This document shows positions 37,892 to 47,306 of a stretch of 64,000 nt of DNA, piece by piece (the stretch's first letter is position 1; each line of letters begins with the position of its first letter). Under the pieces are notes generated by a model that did no database searches, was not told the DNA's origin, and saw only the letters and a program-made list of their open reading frames with translations. Origin of the DNA: Firmicutes bacterium UBA5286 (GTDB lineage Bacteria; Bacillota; Proteinivoracia; UBA4975); contig DHSM01000008.1 in NCBI GenBank assembly GCA_002408465.1, positions 3,187-67,186 on the forward strand, given 5' to 3'. A program made the position numbers and the translations under genes.

Positions 37892-38769
37892 AAGGCACCT
37901 TCACTTCTCCTTTTGGCAATAACGGAACTATTACCGGGGTGCATATGGAGCCCAGACATATCTCATCCTACATACATCAAGGGGTTGATTTTGCCGGCGG
38001 AGGGGTAACTGTTAAAGCTGTTGCAGACGGTATAGTCTACTTAAAGGGAACTAGCGGCTCATACGGACAAAGAATCGTCATTCAACATGTTAATTCAAGT
38101 AATACCCCGATGGAAGTCTATTCTCTCTATGCACATTTAAACAACTACAACGGCTGTCCTGCAATCGGCAAGAGTGTCACCAAGGGACAATCAATAGGAG
38201 TATCTGGAAATACCGGAGGGGATTTTGCTCCACATCTTCATTTTTCTATTTATACCAAGCATAATGGCATTATATATCGTCTATACCCATTAAAATATTT
38301 TATTACAAACTCCCACTATAATCGTGGGAACTATATGGATTACCTTCAAAAGCCCGAAACCACTGTAACTTCTACGAATGCAAAAATAACAGTGGAGGCA
38401 GCAGTATATTCTGTAAGGCAAGCTGACTCGAAGTTATTCGTTGTTTTCAGGAAGAAAGGATCCAGTTGGAATCAAGTCGCAATGACTAAAAAAACACCAA
38501 CAAGTAACACAACCACATGGGAGTGGTATATACCGTATAAGTTTTGGAATGCTGATATAGAGTATTACATTGTAGGGACATGTCAAAGGAATTCAATAAG
38601 CAAGAAATACAGAACCACTCGTCCCGCAGCAGCCTTCTATAGTTCCACAAATGATACCAATTATTATGTGTCTTCGAATCCAGGAATCTATTATCAATGT
38701 AGAGTAAATCTTACTCCACCTACGCCACCCCCAATAAATAGCGTTCCTATAGCCCCGCAAGAATTTTAG
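37861..38769 (+). CDS. Peptidase M23 (LytM/lysostaphin-like) family protein, low-GC
   Basis: HQGVDFAG...; YAHL...; GNTGGDFAPHLHFSIY zinc-binding/catalytic motifs of M23. Confidence 0.65.
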   Translation: MPNQQYISALKGTFTSPFGNNGTITGVHMEPRHISSYIHQGVDFAGGGVTVKAVADGIVYLKGTSGSYGQRIVIQHVNSSNTPMEVYSLYAHLNNYNGCPAIGKSVTKGQSIGVSGNTGGDFAPHLHFSIYTKHNGIIYRLYPLKYFITNSHYNRGNYMDYLQKPETTVTSTNAKITVEAAVYSVRQADSKLFVVFRKKGSSWNQVAMTKKTPTSNTTTWEWYIPYKFWNADIEYYIVGTCQRNSISKKYRTTRPAAAFYSSTNDTNYYVSSNPGIYYQCRVNLTPPTPPPINSVPIAPQEF

Positions 38770-38908
38770 TGAGATTGCCCCCCGACCATAAAGTTGTCTG
38801 GGGGAGTAGGCTGTTGACAAAGTTGTCAGCAGCCCTTCTATTTGGTCTTGCTCCGTGGTAACTCTGTACCGTTTGTATGGAGCTTACCTATACTCATAGA
38901 AAAAGGAT

Positions 38909-39026
38909 TGAGGACGGCCCGTCCGCCCCGCGGGTATGGTCGCTTGAGCTGCTAGGCAACTGGCGGTCTAGATAGATGGCTGCTGCCTCGGAAGGGGTAC
39001 AGAACCCGGCTTATACGCTTGCTCAG
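38909..39026 (+). repeat. 118-nt 3' segment of rnpB, copy 2 (displaced fragment)
   Basis: Near-identical to 36352-36469; followed by a strong terminator. Confidence 0.9.
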
Positions 39027-39041
39027 TTAATTTAAAGAATG

Positions 39042-39066
39042 ACACCGCTTGGCGGTGTTTTTTCTT
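39042..39066 (+). terminator. Rho-independent terminator after displaced rnpB 3' fragment (acaccgc ttgg cggtgt tttttc)
   Basis: Seen in sequence. Confidence 0.65.
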
Positions 39067-39196
39067 TGCAATTACTTAAATTTTTTGTATGATAATAATG
39101 TCCAGGCATATAGCTATAAAAATAGAGGAAGTTATTGGCTGAGGCAGGGAAGCAGCCTGTCGGTGTTGAATAGTATTGACAAGAGAGAGGTGCCTT

Positions 39197-40210
39197 ATGG
39201 ACGAAAAAATTTCTAAATTGCTCAAAGTATTGGTTGCGCTAAGCGTTATCTTTCTCCTGTTAAGTTATGGCCGCAGGATAGCATCGATCCTGACCCCGAT
39301 TATGATTGCTGTACTGCTGACCTTGCTGTTGATGCCATTAGTTGATTTTCTGCACAAAAAGTTTAAATCCAGGATTCTTGCGACCTTGACGGTATTACTG
39401 CCTTCCTTCGCCCTGATAGTCTTGGGACTGTGGTGGGGATTGTCTCAATTGTACCAAGAGACAGAAAGATTTGTCCTTTCTTTTCCCGAAATTATCGCAA
39501 ACCTTGAAAACTTGTTTGATGAACGCATATTGCCTATGGTAGAGGGAACCAGGTATGAGGAGTCCTTTTTTGTCTTTTTGGATGACGTGATCATGCAGGC
39601 AGCATCAACATTGCAGCAAGTGGCCAAGAGTCTAATTGGCTCTGGAATCTATCTGGTCAGTCTGCTGCCGGGCCTTCTTGTGGCCTTTATGGTCACAGTG
39701 ATACTGGTCTTTAATCTGTCCTATGATAAAAAATGGCTTTTTAACTTGTTTCCCGCGGCCGGGGAAAGCGCTGATAAGGTAATAAAATCTATACACGGCT
39801 TTTTAAAATCCCAGTTATTCCTGATTATTATTACGGCGGCAATTTGCATGCTCACTTTTGCCCTGCTTGGAATCCCTTATGTCTTTGTGCTGGGGATTCT
39901 CATTGCCATCTTTGATTTGCTGCCTGTTCTAGGCGCCGGCACCTTGTTAGTGCCCATGATTGCCTGGCATTTTATCCTGGGCGAGCCGTTTACGGCAATC
40001 ATGATTGGAGTGCTTTATGCCGTCATCCTGATTGTCAGGCAAATTATCGAGCCCAAACTTCTTTCCAATAATCTGGGCATTCATCCAGTAGCGGCGATTC
40101 TTTCGGTATACTTGGGCCTTAAGCTCTTCGGCCCTGTGGGCCTGATTCTGTTGCCGCTGATAACCTCGATTGCCGCAAGTTTCCCCCGTTTTCAAAGGCT
40201 TAGACGATAA
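39197..40210 (+). CDS. AI-2E family transporter (UPF0118; YtvI-like sporulation membrane protein family)
   Basis: 8 TM helices with characteristic AI-2E arrangement; SD agagaggtg. Confidence 0.7.
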   Translation: MDEKISKLLKVLVALSVIFLLLSYGRRIASILTPIMIAVLLTLLLMPLVDFLHKKFKSRILATLTVLLPSFALIVLGLWWGLSQLYQETERFVLSFPEIIANLENLFDERILPMVEGTRYEESFFVFLDDVIMQAASTLQQVAKSLIGSGIYLVSLLPGLLVAFMVTVILVFNLSYDKKWLFNLFPAAGESADKVIKSIHGFLKSQLFLIIITAAICMLTFALLGIPYVFVLGILIAIFDLLPVLGAGTLLVPMIAWHFILGEPFTAIMIGVLYAVILIVRQIIEPKLLSNNLGIHPVAAILSVYLGLKLFGPVGLILLPLITSIAASFPRFQRLRR

Positions 40211-40231
40211 TTTTGTTGGGAGTGATCCTCT

Positions 40232-41215
40232 GTGCCAGCTAATCTTACACAACAGTATTATGCCGCAGAAGAAGCTTACAAAAAAGCTTCGACATATGAA
40301 GAGAAACTGGCTGCTCTGGAAGAAATGCTTGCAACCGTCCCTAAGCATAAGGGAACTGAGAAAATTCAGGCTGAGATTAAAAAACGCCTTTCCAGGATGC
40401 GGAAGGAGGACGGTCAGACTCAGGGTGGAGGCAGCCGCCAGGAAGACCCCTTTTTAATCGATGCCCAGGGCGCCGGCCAGGTGCTGCTGCTGGGCCATCC
40501 CAATTCCGGCAAGTCCGCTCTGGTGCAAACTTTGACCAATGCCAAGACTCAGGTGGCTGAATATCCCTTTGCCACTGTCCTGCCCATTCCGGGAATGATG
40601 AAGCATGAGGATGTGTCCATCCAGCTGGTGGACACGCCCCCCTTCGTGCTTGATGGAATCCCGGGCAATTTCAGCTCTGCCATCCGCAACAGCCATATGC
40701 TTGGCCTGGTCCTTGACCTGACCGATCCCGATTGCATTGATCATTTGACGACAATGCTGGAATATTTGCGGGAAAAGCGGATTCTGCGAGAGGAAGTGCC
40801 GGAGGGAGTGCGGGCTCTGACCCTGGATAAAGTCTTGATCCTGGGCAACAAAGCCGATTTGACAGATTGGGATGAAATTGTTGAGATGATTGAAGAGCTT
40901 GTACCGGATTGCCCTACGATTGTGCCTGTTTCGGCTGTCACCGGCTTTAATCTCGATCAGTTCCGGGCGTTGGTCTTTGAGCGTCTGCAGGTAATTCGGG
41001 TGTACACTAAGCGGCCGGGGAAAAAGCCCGACCTGGAGCGACCCTTTGTCCTGCCTGTCAACAGCACTGTCTCAGACCTGGCTCATTCCATTCATAAGGA
41101 TATCGCTGACAACCTTAGGACCGCGAAGGTATGGGGGTCCGCTAAGTTCGACGGCCAGGCAGTGAACCATGACTATGTCCTTGCTGACAGGGATATAGTT
41201 GAGCTCAACGATTAA
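40232..41215 (+). CDS. DRG/Obg-superfamily GTP-binding protein with C-terminal TGS domain
   Basis: Coiled N-terminus, G1 GHPNSGKS, G3 DTPP, G4 NKAD, C-terminal TGS-like VYTKRPG... Confidence 0.7.
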   Translation: MPANLTQQYYAAEEAYKKASTYEEKLAALEEMLATVPKHKGTEKIQAEIKKRLSRMRKEDGQTQGGGSRQEDPFLIDAQGAGQVLLLGHPNSGKSALVQTLTNAKTQVAEYPFATVLPIPGMMKHEDVSIQLVDTPPFVLDGIPGNFSSAIRNSHMLGLVLDLTDPDCIDHLTTMLEYLREKRILREEVPEGVRALTLDKVLILGNKADLTDWDEIVEMIEELVPDCPTIVPVSAVTGFNLDQFRALVFERLQVIRVYTKRPGKKPDLERPFVLPVNSTVSDLAHSIHKDIADNLRTAKVWGSAKFDGQAVNHDYVLADRDIVELND

Positions 41216-41250
41216 AATAACAGGGATATCAAATCCCTGTTATTTTTTTC
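41216..41250. terminator. Bidirectional rho-independent terminator (aataacagggat atcaa atccctgttatt ttttt)
   Basis: Seen in sequence. Confidence 0.65.
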
Positions 41251-41419
41251 ACCGTTTTGGGGAAAAGGTTGCGCAGTCAGTTTCTTCGGTATCAGAGGCA
41301 TCGGGGGGCTGAATTTCGATATTTGATGCCAGGCAGTGATCACCATGCCCATAGTAGCGGCAAGAGCTGACCACGCACTTTACCCGGGAAATGGCGGAAT
41401 CCTCTTTGTCTACACGCAA
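41249..41419 (-). CDS. DUF1540-family small cysteine-rich protein (56 aa), absent from ORF track
   Basis: TTG start 6 nt after aggaggtg; VKCVVSSCRYYGHGDHC...TDCATFSPK matches DUF1540 pattern C..C.Y....C........TDCTTF. Confidence 0.55.
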   Translation of the reverse strand: MRVDKEDSAISRVKCVVSSCRYYGHGDHCLASNIEIQPPDASDTEETDCATFSPKR

Positions 41420-41480
41420 GCTGTTCACCTCCTCGCCTATTATTATTTGACGAGGGCTGACAGCTATACGGGTATAAAAT

Positions 41481-43916
41481 TCATTTAACTACCAGGTTGA
41501 GCAATTTATCCTGAATCCAGATTATTTTAAGGATATTTTTGTTATCCAGGGCCTGAGAGATTTTGGCGCTGGACATGGCTGCCCTGAGGACAGCTTCCTG
41601 ATCCAGACTGGTGCCAATGGTGATTGTGTCCCGCAGCTTGCCGTTGACTTGAATGGGGATAGTGACGGACTTATCAATCAGGGCCTCTGGGTCAAATTTA
41701 GGCCATTGTTGCAGGTGAATGCTTTCCGTGTGTCCCCGGCGGTGCCATAATTCCTCGGTCATGACGGGGGCCAGGGGGGCGAGCATGAGGAGAAGGGCGT
41801 CAATTGCCTGCTGCCAAAGGGCAGTTTCGCTGATTTCTGCGCCCTGATGCTTGGCCAGGTGGTTGCTGAATTCCATGAGGGCGGAAATCATGGTATTGAA
41901 TTTAAAACTCTCCATATCCCCGGTCACCCTATGAATAGTCTTATGGAGCAGCCCCTTGAAATCTTCGGGAGCTATTGGTTCGGGTGCTTGTTCGGAGGGT
42001 TCTCCGGCGGCCAGCCGCCAGACTCTGTTCAGGAATCTGGTGACGCCGCCGATGCCGTCACTGTTCCAAGGTCCCCCCAGCTCCCAGGGGGCCATAAACA
42101 TCATATAAACCCGGACGGCGTCGGCTCCATATTGCTGGACCAGGTTATCGGGGGCAATGACATTGCCCCGGGATTTGCTCATCTTTTCCGAGTCCTCACC
42201 AAGGATGATGCCCTGATTATACAAAGCTGTCATGGGCTCGGAAATATTGATCAGACCCATATCCCGCATGGCCTTGGTAAAGAAACGCACATAGAGGAGG
42301 TGCATGGTGGCGTGCTCAACGCCGCCGGTGTACTGATCCACCGGCAGCCAGCGCTCCACTTCCTGGGGATCGAAGGGATATTTGTCTTCATGGGGACTGA
42401 CATACCGGTACTGATACCAGGAGGAGTCAAAGAAGGTGTCCATGGTGTCGGTTTCCCGCTCTGCCGGACCGCCGCATTTGGGGCAGGTTGTATGGAGAAA
42501 TCCCTCATGAAAGCGGAGGGGGGATTCGCCTGTGGGGCGGAATTCAGCGTCCATGGGCAGAAGCACTGGCAGCTGGTCCTCGGGAACAGCCACTTGGCCG
42601 CAGGTGGGGCAGTGAATGATGGGAATGGGAGTGCCCCAGTAGCGCTGACGGCTGACCAGCCAGTCCCGGAGGCGGTAATTGACTTTTGCCTGGCCCAGGC
42701 CCCGGGCTTCCATATCTGCAGTCAGCCGGGCAGCGGCCTCTTCATTGTCCAAACCCGACCAGGAGCCGGAATTGACCAGCTTGCCCTGTCCGGTCCAAGC
42801 CTTCTCGAGAGGCTCATTTATTCCTTCGGGAGGGGCAATGACCAGAGGGATTGGCAAGTTATAGCGGCGGGCGAAGTCAAAGTCCCGCTGATCGTGGGCA
42901 GGAACAGCCATTATTGAGCCCGTGCCATAACTCATGAGCACGTAATCAGCTATATAGATGGGGAGCTCGCAGCCGGTAAAGGGGTGAATGGCATAGGCGC
43001 CGGTAAACACACCGTCCTTTTCCATGGCTGTGCTCAGGCGTTCAATTTCGGTGCGCCGGGTGGCGGTATGGACATAGTCTTTTACGGCTTCGGCCTGCTC
43101 CGGAGTGGTGATTTTCTCTACCAGGGGATGTTCCGGAGCCAGAACCACAAAGGAAACGCCAAAAATAGTGTCAATCCGGGTGGTGAAAACCGGGAATGTT
43201 TCTGGATGATCTTTCACAGCCATAGAGAATTCCACTCCCTGGCTGCGGCCGATCCAGTTGGTCTGCATGGTCTTGACCCGATCGGGCCAGTCCAGGCCGG
43301 CAAAGTCCAGGAGTTCTTCGGCATAATCGGTGATCTTGAGATACCATTGGTTGAGTTCCCGCTTTCCCACGGGTGTGTCACAGCGATCACAGACCCGGTC
43401 TTCGCCAACAACCTGTTCTCTGGCCAGGGTGGTGTTGCATTTGGGGCACCAGTCCACGGGAGAGTATTTTTTGTATGCCAAACCGTGCTCGAAGAACTTG
43501 AGGAAGAGCCACTGATTCCACTTGTAATACTCTGGATCACAGGTGATGATTTCGGTATCCCAGTCGAACATGGCCCCCATGGTCTTCAGCTGTTTCCGCA
43601 TGCGCTCCACATTGGCATAAGTCCATTTGCCGGGATGGATATTGTGCTTGATGGCCGCGTTTTCCGCCGGCAGGCCAAAGGCGTCAAAACCCATGGGAAA
43701 CAGGACATTGTAGCCGCACATCCGTTTGTAGCGTGCCCTTGCGTCTGAAGGCACAATGGCATACCAATGGCCGATGTGCAAATCCCCGCTGGTATAAGGC
43801 AGCATGGTCAGGGCATAATATTTTTCTCCTTCTTTTTGCCGGGAAGTCTTGTACAGCCCTTGTTCTTCCCAGTGCTGCCGCCACTTTTTTTCGCTCTCCG
43901 AAAAATTGTAACTCAT
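41481..43916 (-). CDS. leuS: Leucine--tRNA ligase
   Basis: 811 aa; HIGH motif (HIGHWYA), KMSKS motif, editing and anticodon-binding domains. Confidence 0.95.
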   Translation of the reverse strand: MSYNFSESEKKWRQHWEEQGLYKTSRQKEGEKYYALTMLPYTSGDLHIGHWYAIVPSDARARYKRMCGYNVLFPMGFDAFGLPAENAAIKHNIHPGKWTYANVERMRKQLKTMGAMFDWDTEIITCDPEYYKWNQWLFLKFFEHGLAYKKYSPVDWCPKCNTTLAREQVVGEDRVCDRCDTPVGKRELNQWYLKITDYAEELLDFAGLDWPDRVKTMQTNWIGRSQGVEFSMAVKDHPETFPVFTTRIDTIFGVSFVVLAPEHPLVEKITTPEQAEAVKDYVHTATRRTEIERLSTAMEKDGVFTGAYAIHPFTGCELPIYIADYVLMSYGTGSIMAVPAHDQRDFDFARRYNLPIPLVIAPPEGINEPLEKAWTGQGKLVNSGSWSGLDNEEAAARLTADMEARGLGQAKVNYRLRDWLVSRQRYWGTPIPIIHCPTCGQVAVPEDQLPVLLPMDAEFRPTGESPLRFHEGFLHTTCPKCGGPAERETDTMDTFFDSSWYQYRYVSPHEDKYPFDPQEVERWLPVDQYTGGVEHATMHLLYVRFFTKAMRDMGLINISEPMTALYNQGIILGEDSEKMSKSRGNVIAPDNLVQQYGADAVRVYMMFMAPWELGGPWNSDGIGGVTRFLNRVWRLAAGEPSEQAPEPIAPEDFKGLLHKTIHRVTGDMESFKFNTMISALMEFSNHLAKHQGAEISETALWQQAIDALLLMLAPLAPVMTEELWHRRGHTESIHLQQWPKFDPEALIDKSVTIPIQVNGKLRDTITIGTSLDQEAVLRAAMSSAKISQALDNKNILKIIWIQDKLLNLVVK

Positions 43917-43924
43917 CTCTTATC

Positions 43925-44200
43925 ACTCCTAACTACAGTTATAGAAATAAAAAGAGAACCCTCATCCTTTCAGGGACGAGGGTTCCCGCGGTACCACCCT
44001 GTTTGCATCTAAAAGATGCCAACTCTATGGCGCTAACGGTGCCAACCGGGCAGAATTGTTACCTTCTGCCGACTCGGGGACGAGTTCACGGGCCAAAATA
44101 CACCGGCCTTGCAGCCTTGGGACCGGCTCTCTGGGGTATGCTTGGCTTCGCTACTGCTTCCCGTCAATATCTTTATTCTTTGGATTAAGGTATATACTAA
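43925..44200 (-). promoter_or_regulatory. T-box riboswitch leader of leuS
   Basis: Conserved T-box AGGGUGGUACCGCG (plus-strand cgcggtaccaccct at 43987-44000) overlapping terminator gaaccctcgtcc/ggatgagggttc + U-run just upstream of leuS. Confidence 0.75.
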
Positions 44201-44239
44201 TTCATAGTTCTGCGGATGTCAAGAAGGAGAAGAATAATT

Positions 44240-45253
44240 ATGATTTTATTGAGAATGCTTACCCTTGTCTTTCCTGCAGTAAAAAGGCGCCTGGACCAGT
44301 ATCGCCGCTTTCTGCAGGGAGCGGACGGGCCCTTGGCCTTGCAGGGATTGGACAGCATTAGGGACAAGGAATTTCACTGCCTGGGCGGCGGCGTCTATGC
44401 CCTGCTGGCGCCTGGCAAGCTGCGTCGGCATGTGCTGGCCTTCATCATCGCCTTTCAAACCATCAGCGATTACCTGGACAATCTCTGCGACCGCTTTGGC
44501 ATCCAATCGGAACCGGTCTTCCGCCAGCTCCACACCGCCATGTTGGACAGTCTGGAGCCCGGGGCCACAGAACACAGTGATTATTACTGTCTTTTCCCCA
44601 GCAGGGATGACGGCGGCTACCTGGCCATGCTGGTGGACCAGTGCCGGGAGGCCTTGGCCGCCCTTCCTCATTATCCCGGGTGCAAAGAATATATGCTCAA
44701 ATTTACCAGGCTGTACATAGACCTACAAAGCTATAAGCATATGGAGCGCCGGGCAGGGGAGGAGAAATTGGCGGCTATGTATGCAATAAATTCCTCTGCT
44801 GCCCCTGATCTCTATTGGTGGGAATATGCCGCCGCCTGCGGTTCAACCCTGGGCATATTTGCCCTGGCGGCAGATGGCCAGAATCCCCTCAAGACCTGGG
44901 CTGCATACATGCCCTGGGTAAACGGACTGCATATTATGCTGGATTACTTTATCGATCAGGATGAAGATCTGCAGCATGGGGACATGAACCTTGTTTCGTT
45001 TTATGGCCCCCGCAAGCAGGTGGAGCGGATTCTTTGGTTTTATCATCTGGCCAGGAAAGCAGTGCAGTCCTTGGCCAGGGCCAGGTTTCACACTTTAATT
45101 GTCGACGGGCTGTTGGCTATGTATCTCTCTGACGCCAAGGCCCGCTCCCCTGAGCTGGCTAATCCCAGTCGCCAAATCCTGGCCGGAGCCCGATTACGGG
45201 CGGGTGTACTGGGGAGGATGGCGAAGGTCTTGCGTAAGGGGGGGATAATTTAA
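44240..45253 (+). CDS. ytpB: Tetraprenyl-beta-curcumene synthase family protein (YtpB/DUF2600)
   Basis: FHCLGGGVYALLA...AFQTISDYLDNLCDR...DDGGYL motifs near-identical in pattern to B. subtilis YtpB. Confidence 0.75.
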   Translation: MILLRMLTLVFPAVKRRLDQYRRFLQGADGPLALQGLDSIRDKEFHCLGGGVYALLAPGKLRRHVLAFIIAFQTISDYLDNLCDRFGIQSEPVFRQLHTAMLDSLEPGATEHSDYYCLFPSRDDGGYLAMLVDQCREALAALPHYPGCKEYMLKFTRLYIDLQSYKHMERRAGEEKLAAMYAINSSAAPDLYWWEYAAACGSTLGIFALAADGQNPLKTWAAYMPWVNGLHIMLDYFIDQDEDLQHGDMNLVSFYGPRKQVERILWFYHLARKAVQSLARARFHTLIVDGLLAMYLSDAKARSPELANPSRQILAGARLRAGVLGRMAKVLRKGGII

Positions 45254-46219
45254 GAGGGTCTGACAGCGCTCGATAAACTGCAGGGTCAGTGTCTCCAGGA
45301 GGAGGACCGAAGGGCGGGGGGGAAAGCTGTTGAGCAGTTCAATTCCCCGCTCCAAGTGGTGACAGGCTATGGCCGCCGCCTTTTCTATTGCCCCCGTTTC
45401 CGCCAGCTCCGGCGCCAGCATTTTCGGCTCCAGGGGCTGTTTTTGCTGCAAAAGGGACTGAACCCGATCCCGAGTGCCGGGGTTAGCCAACAAGTACATC
45501 AGGGGAAGGGTGACGATGCCGTTGCGGATGTCGCTGCCCTGAGGTTTTCCTGTCAGGCCGGTATCGAGAACATAGTCGGCGATATCATCCAGGACTTGGT
45601 AGGCAATTCCTACATGCAGGGCAAACTTGCGCATAACCTCTATTTCCCCCGGAGGCATGGGGGTGATGACGGCGCCGCATTCACAACTGGCGGCCAGCAG
45701 GCTGGCGGTCTTGCTGATGATGGTGCTGACATAGTCTTCGGGGGTTGTGTAGGGATTAAAATGGGTGTACAGCTGGTTCAGTTCCCCCAGGCACATGGTG
45801 GAAATGGCGTTGGTCATAATCGCCAGGACATGAGGGTAACTGCTGAGGATTCCATAGGCTCTGGCGAAGAGAAAGTCTCCTGCCAGGACCGCAGTGGGAT
45901 TGCTCCAGCGCTTGTTTGCGCTGGGCTGTCCCCGCCGCAGGGAAGAATTATCTACTACGTCGTCATGGAGCAGGGAGGCAGAATGGATCAGTTCGGCGGC
46001 AACGGCCACATCCACCCGGGTCTTGAGGTTGGCCCCGTAAATATCGGAACAGAGCAGGACCAGCAGAGGCCGGATGCGCTTGCCTCCCTGGCTGAGGATG
46101 TAACCTGTGACCTCAGACAGATAGGGGTTGTCATAAGTGTTAATTTCCTTAAGCCGGTTTTCCACCAGCTGCATCTCCGGCAAATCAAAGCAGTTTAACT
46201 GTGTTTTCGTATGGGGCAT
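45194..46219 (-). CDS. trans-Polyprenyl diphosphate synthase (heptaprenyl/hexaprenyl diphosphate synthase, HepT-like)
   Basis: FARM LLHDDVVD and second DDxxD (VLDDIAD) motifs. Confidence 0.8.
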   Translation of the reverse strand: MPHTKTQLNCFDLPEMQLVENRLKEINTYDNPYLSEVTGYILSQGGKRIRPLLVLLCSDIYGANLKTRVDVAVAAELIHSASLLHDDVVDNSSLRRGQPSANKRWSNPTAVLAGDFLFARAYGILSSYPHVLAIMTNAISTMCLGELNQLYTHFNPYTTPEDYVSTIISKTASLLAASCECGAVITPMPPGEIEVMRKFALHVGIAYQVLDDIADYVLDTGLTGKPQGSDIRNGIVTLPLMYLLANPGTRDRVQSLLQQKQPLEPKMLAPELAETGAIEKAAAIACHHLERGIELLNSFPPRPSVLLLETLTLQFIERCQTLLNYPPLTQDLRHPPQYTRP

Positions 46220-46280
46220 TTTCTCACCTAAAGCCTATTATGCCCAAAAAAATACGGTCATGCGACCGCAAGCTCTGAGA

Positions 46281-47234
46281 TTATTTGGCTGAGCCCTGGG
46301 CCTCCCCCGTAATCAGGAAGCCGGTTTCCAAAAAGGATACCAGTTGCTTGATGAGGGGATTATTTGTCAGCCTGGTGGCCACCAGCAGATAGAAGGGGAG
46401 AGGGATGCTGAGACCTGGAAGGTCAAGGATCTCGGTATCAGGATCATTGGCGGCCAGACGGGGGATGAGGCCAATGCCTGCCCCGGCCTTGACTGCGCTG
46501 GTAACGGCGATGCAATTGTCCATTTCCAGGACGATATTCAGCTTGTCCAAATTCATTTTGGTTTCTTGCAGACAGTGTTCAATGGCAATTCTAGTGCCGC
46601 TGTGTTTATGGGGGACAACCAGGGGCAAGGCGCGCAGATCCATTACCCGGTAATTGTTGCCGCTCCAATGGCCGCCTTTGCGGGCGATTGCCACAATATC
46701 ATCATGGCCGAGCAAATGGATGGCTATTTTTTCAGTTTGCAGCCTATGCTTGGCCTGAGCGGACAGAGGACCGGAGATAATACCGATGTTGGTTGTCCTG
46801 TCCACCACAGATTCGATAACCTGTTCGACGGATTTTATTACCATGTAATACTTTATTTTCGGGTAATCATCGATAAAAGCCAGCATTTTTATAGGCATTA
46901 GATAGTTGCCGGGGATGGGGGAGGCAGAGATATACACTTTCAGTCCTGTAGGATCCTGGATGTTTCGGATTTCCTGTTCCAAGGTGTCCATAATAAAGAG
47001 CATGCGCTGACCATACTGATAAACTTTTGCGCCTGTGCGGGTGAGAGTGACCCCCCGGTTGCTGCGTTCCAGCAACTTGGTCCTAAACTTGTTTTCAAGA
47101 GAATTAATTTGTTGGCTCAATGCGGGTTGGCTGAGATGCAGTTCTCCGGAAGCTTTAGTAATAGATTTCACTTTCACTACCCTGCAAAAGGAACGCAGGT
47201 AGTCGAGATGCACCTTAATTACCCCCTTTGCCAT
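46281..47234 (-). CDS. LysR-family transcriptional regulator
   Basis: N-terminal HTH ...LSQPALSQQINSLENKF...; LysR substrate-binding domain. Confidence 0.8.
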   Translation of the reverse strand: MAKGVIKVHLDYLRSFCRVVKVKSITKASGELHLSQPALSQQINSLENKFRTKLLERSNRGVTLTRTGAKVYQYGQRMLFIMDTLEQEIRNIQDPTGLKVYISASPIPGNYLMPIKMLAFIDDYPKIKYYMVIKSVEQVIESVVDRTTNIGIISGPLSAQAKHRLQTEKIAIHLLGHDDIVAIARKGGHWSGNNYRVMDLRALPLVVPHKHSGTRIAIEHCLQETKMNLDKLNIVLEMDNCIAVTSAVKAGAGIGLIPRLAANDPDTEILDLPGLSIPLPFYLLVATRLTNNPLIKQLVSFLETGFLITGEAQGSAK

Positions 47235-47306
47235 TCATTATTATTAGTATAGCGAAAATTAAGCATAATTGGAAGTGGATTCCTTAATTAAATGTTTGGG
47301 CCAATT

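Noticed and set aside
41847-42917. 356-aa and other long plus-strand ORFs (also 42984-43748)
   Set aside because: Antisense to leuS, whose product has unmistakable HIGH/KMSKS motifs. Spurious shadows in GC-rich DNA.
45356-46198. 280-aa plus-strand ORF
   Set aside because: Antisense to the polyprenyl synthase gene with its FARM motif. Spurious.
46344-46901. 185-aa plus-strand ORF
   Set aside because: Antisense to the LysR regulator gene. Spurious.
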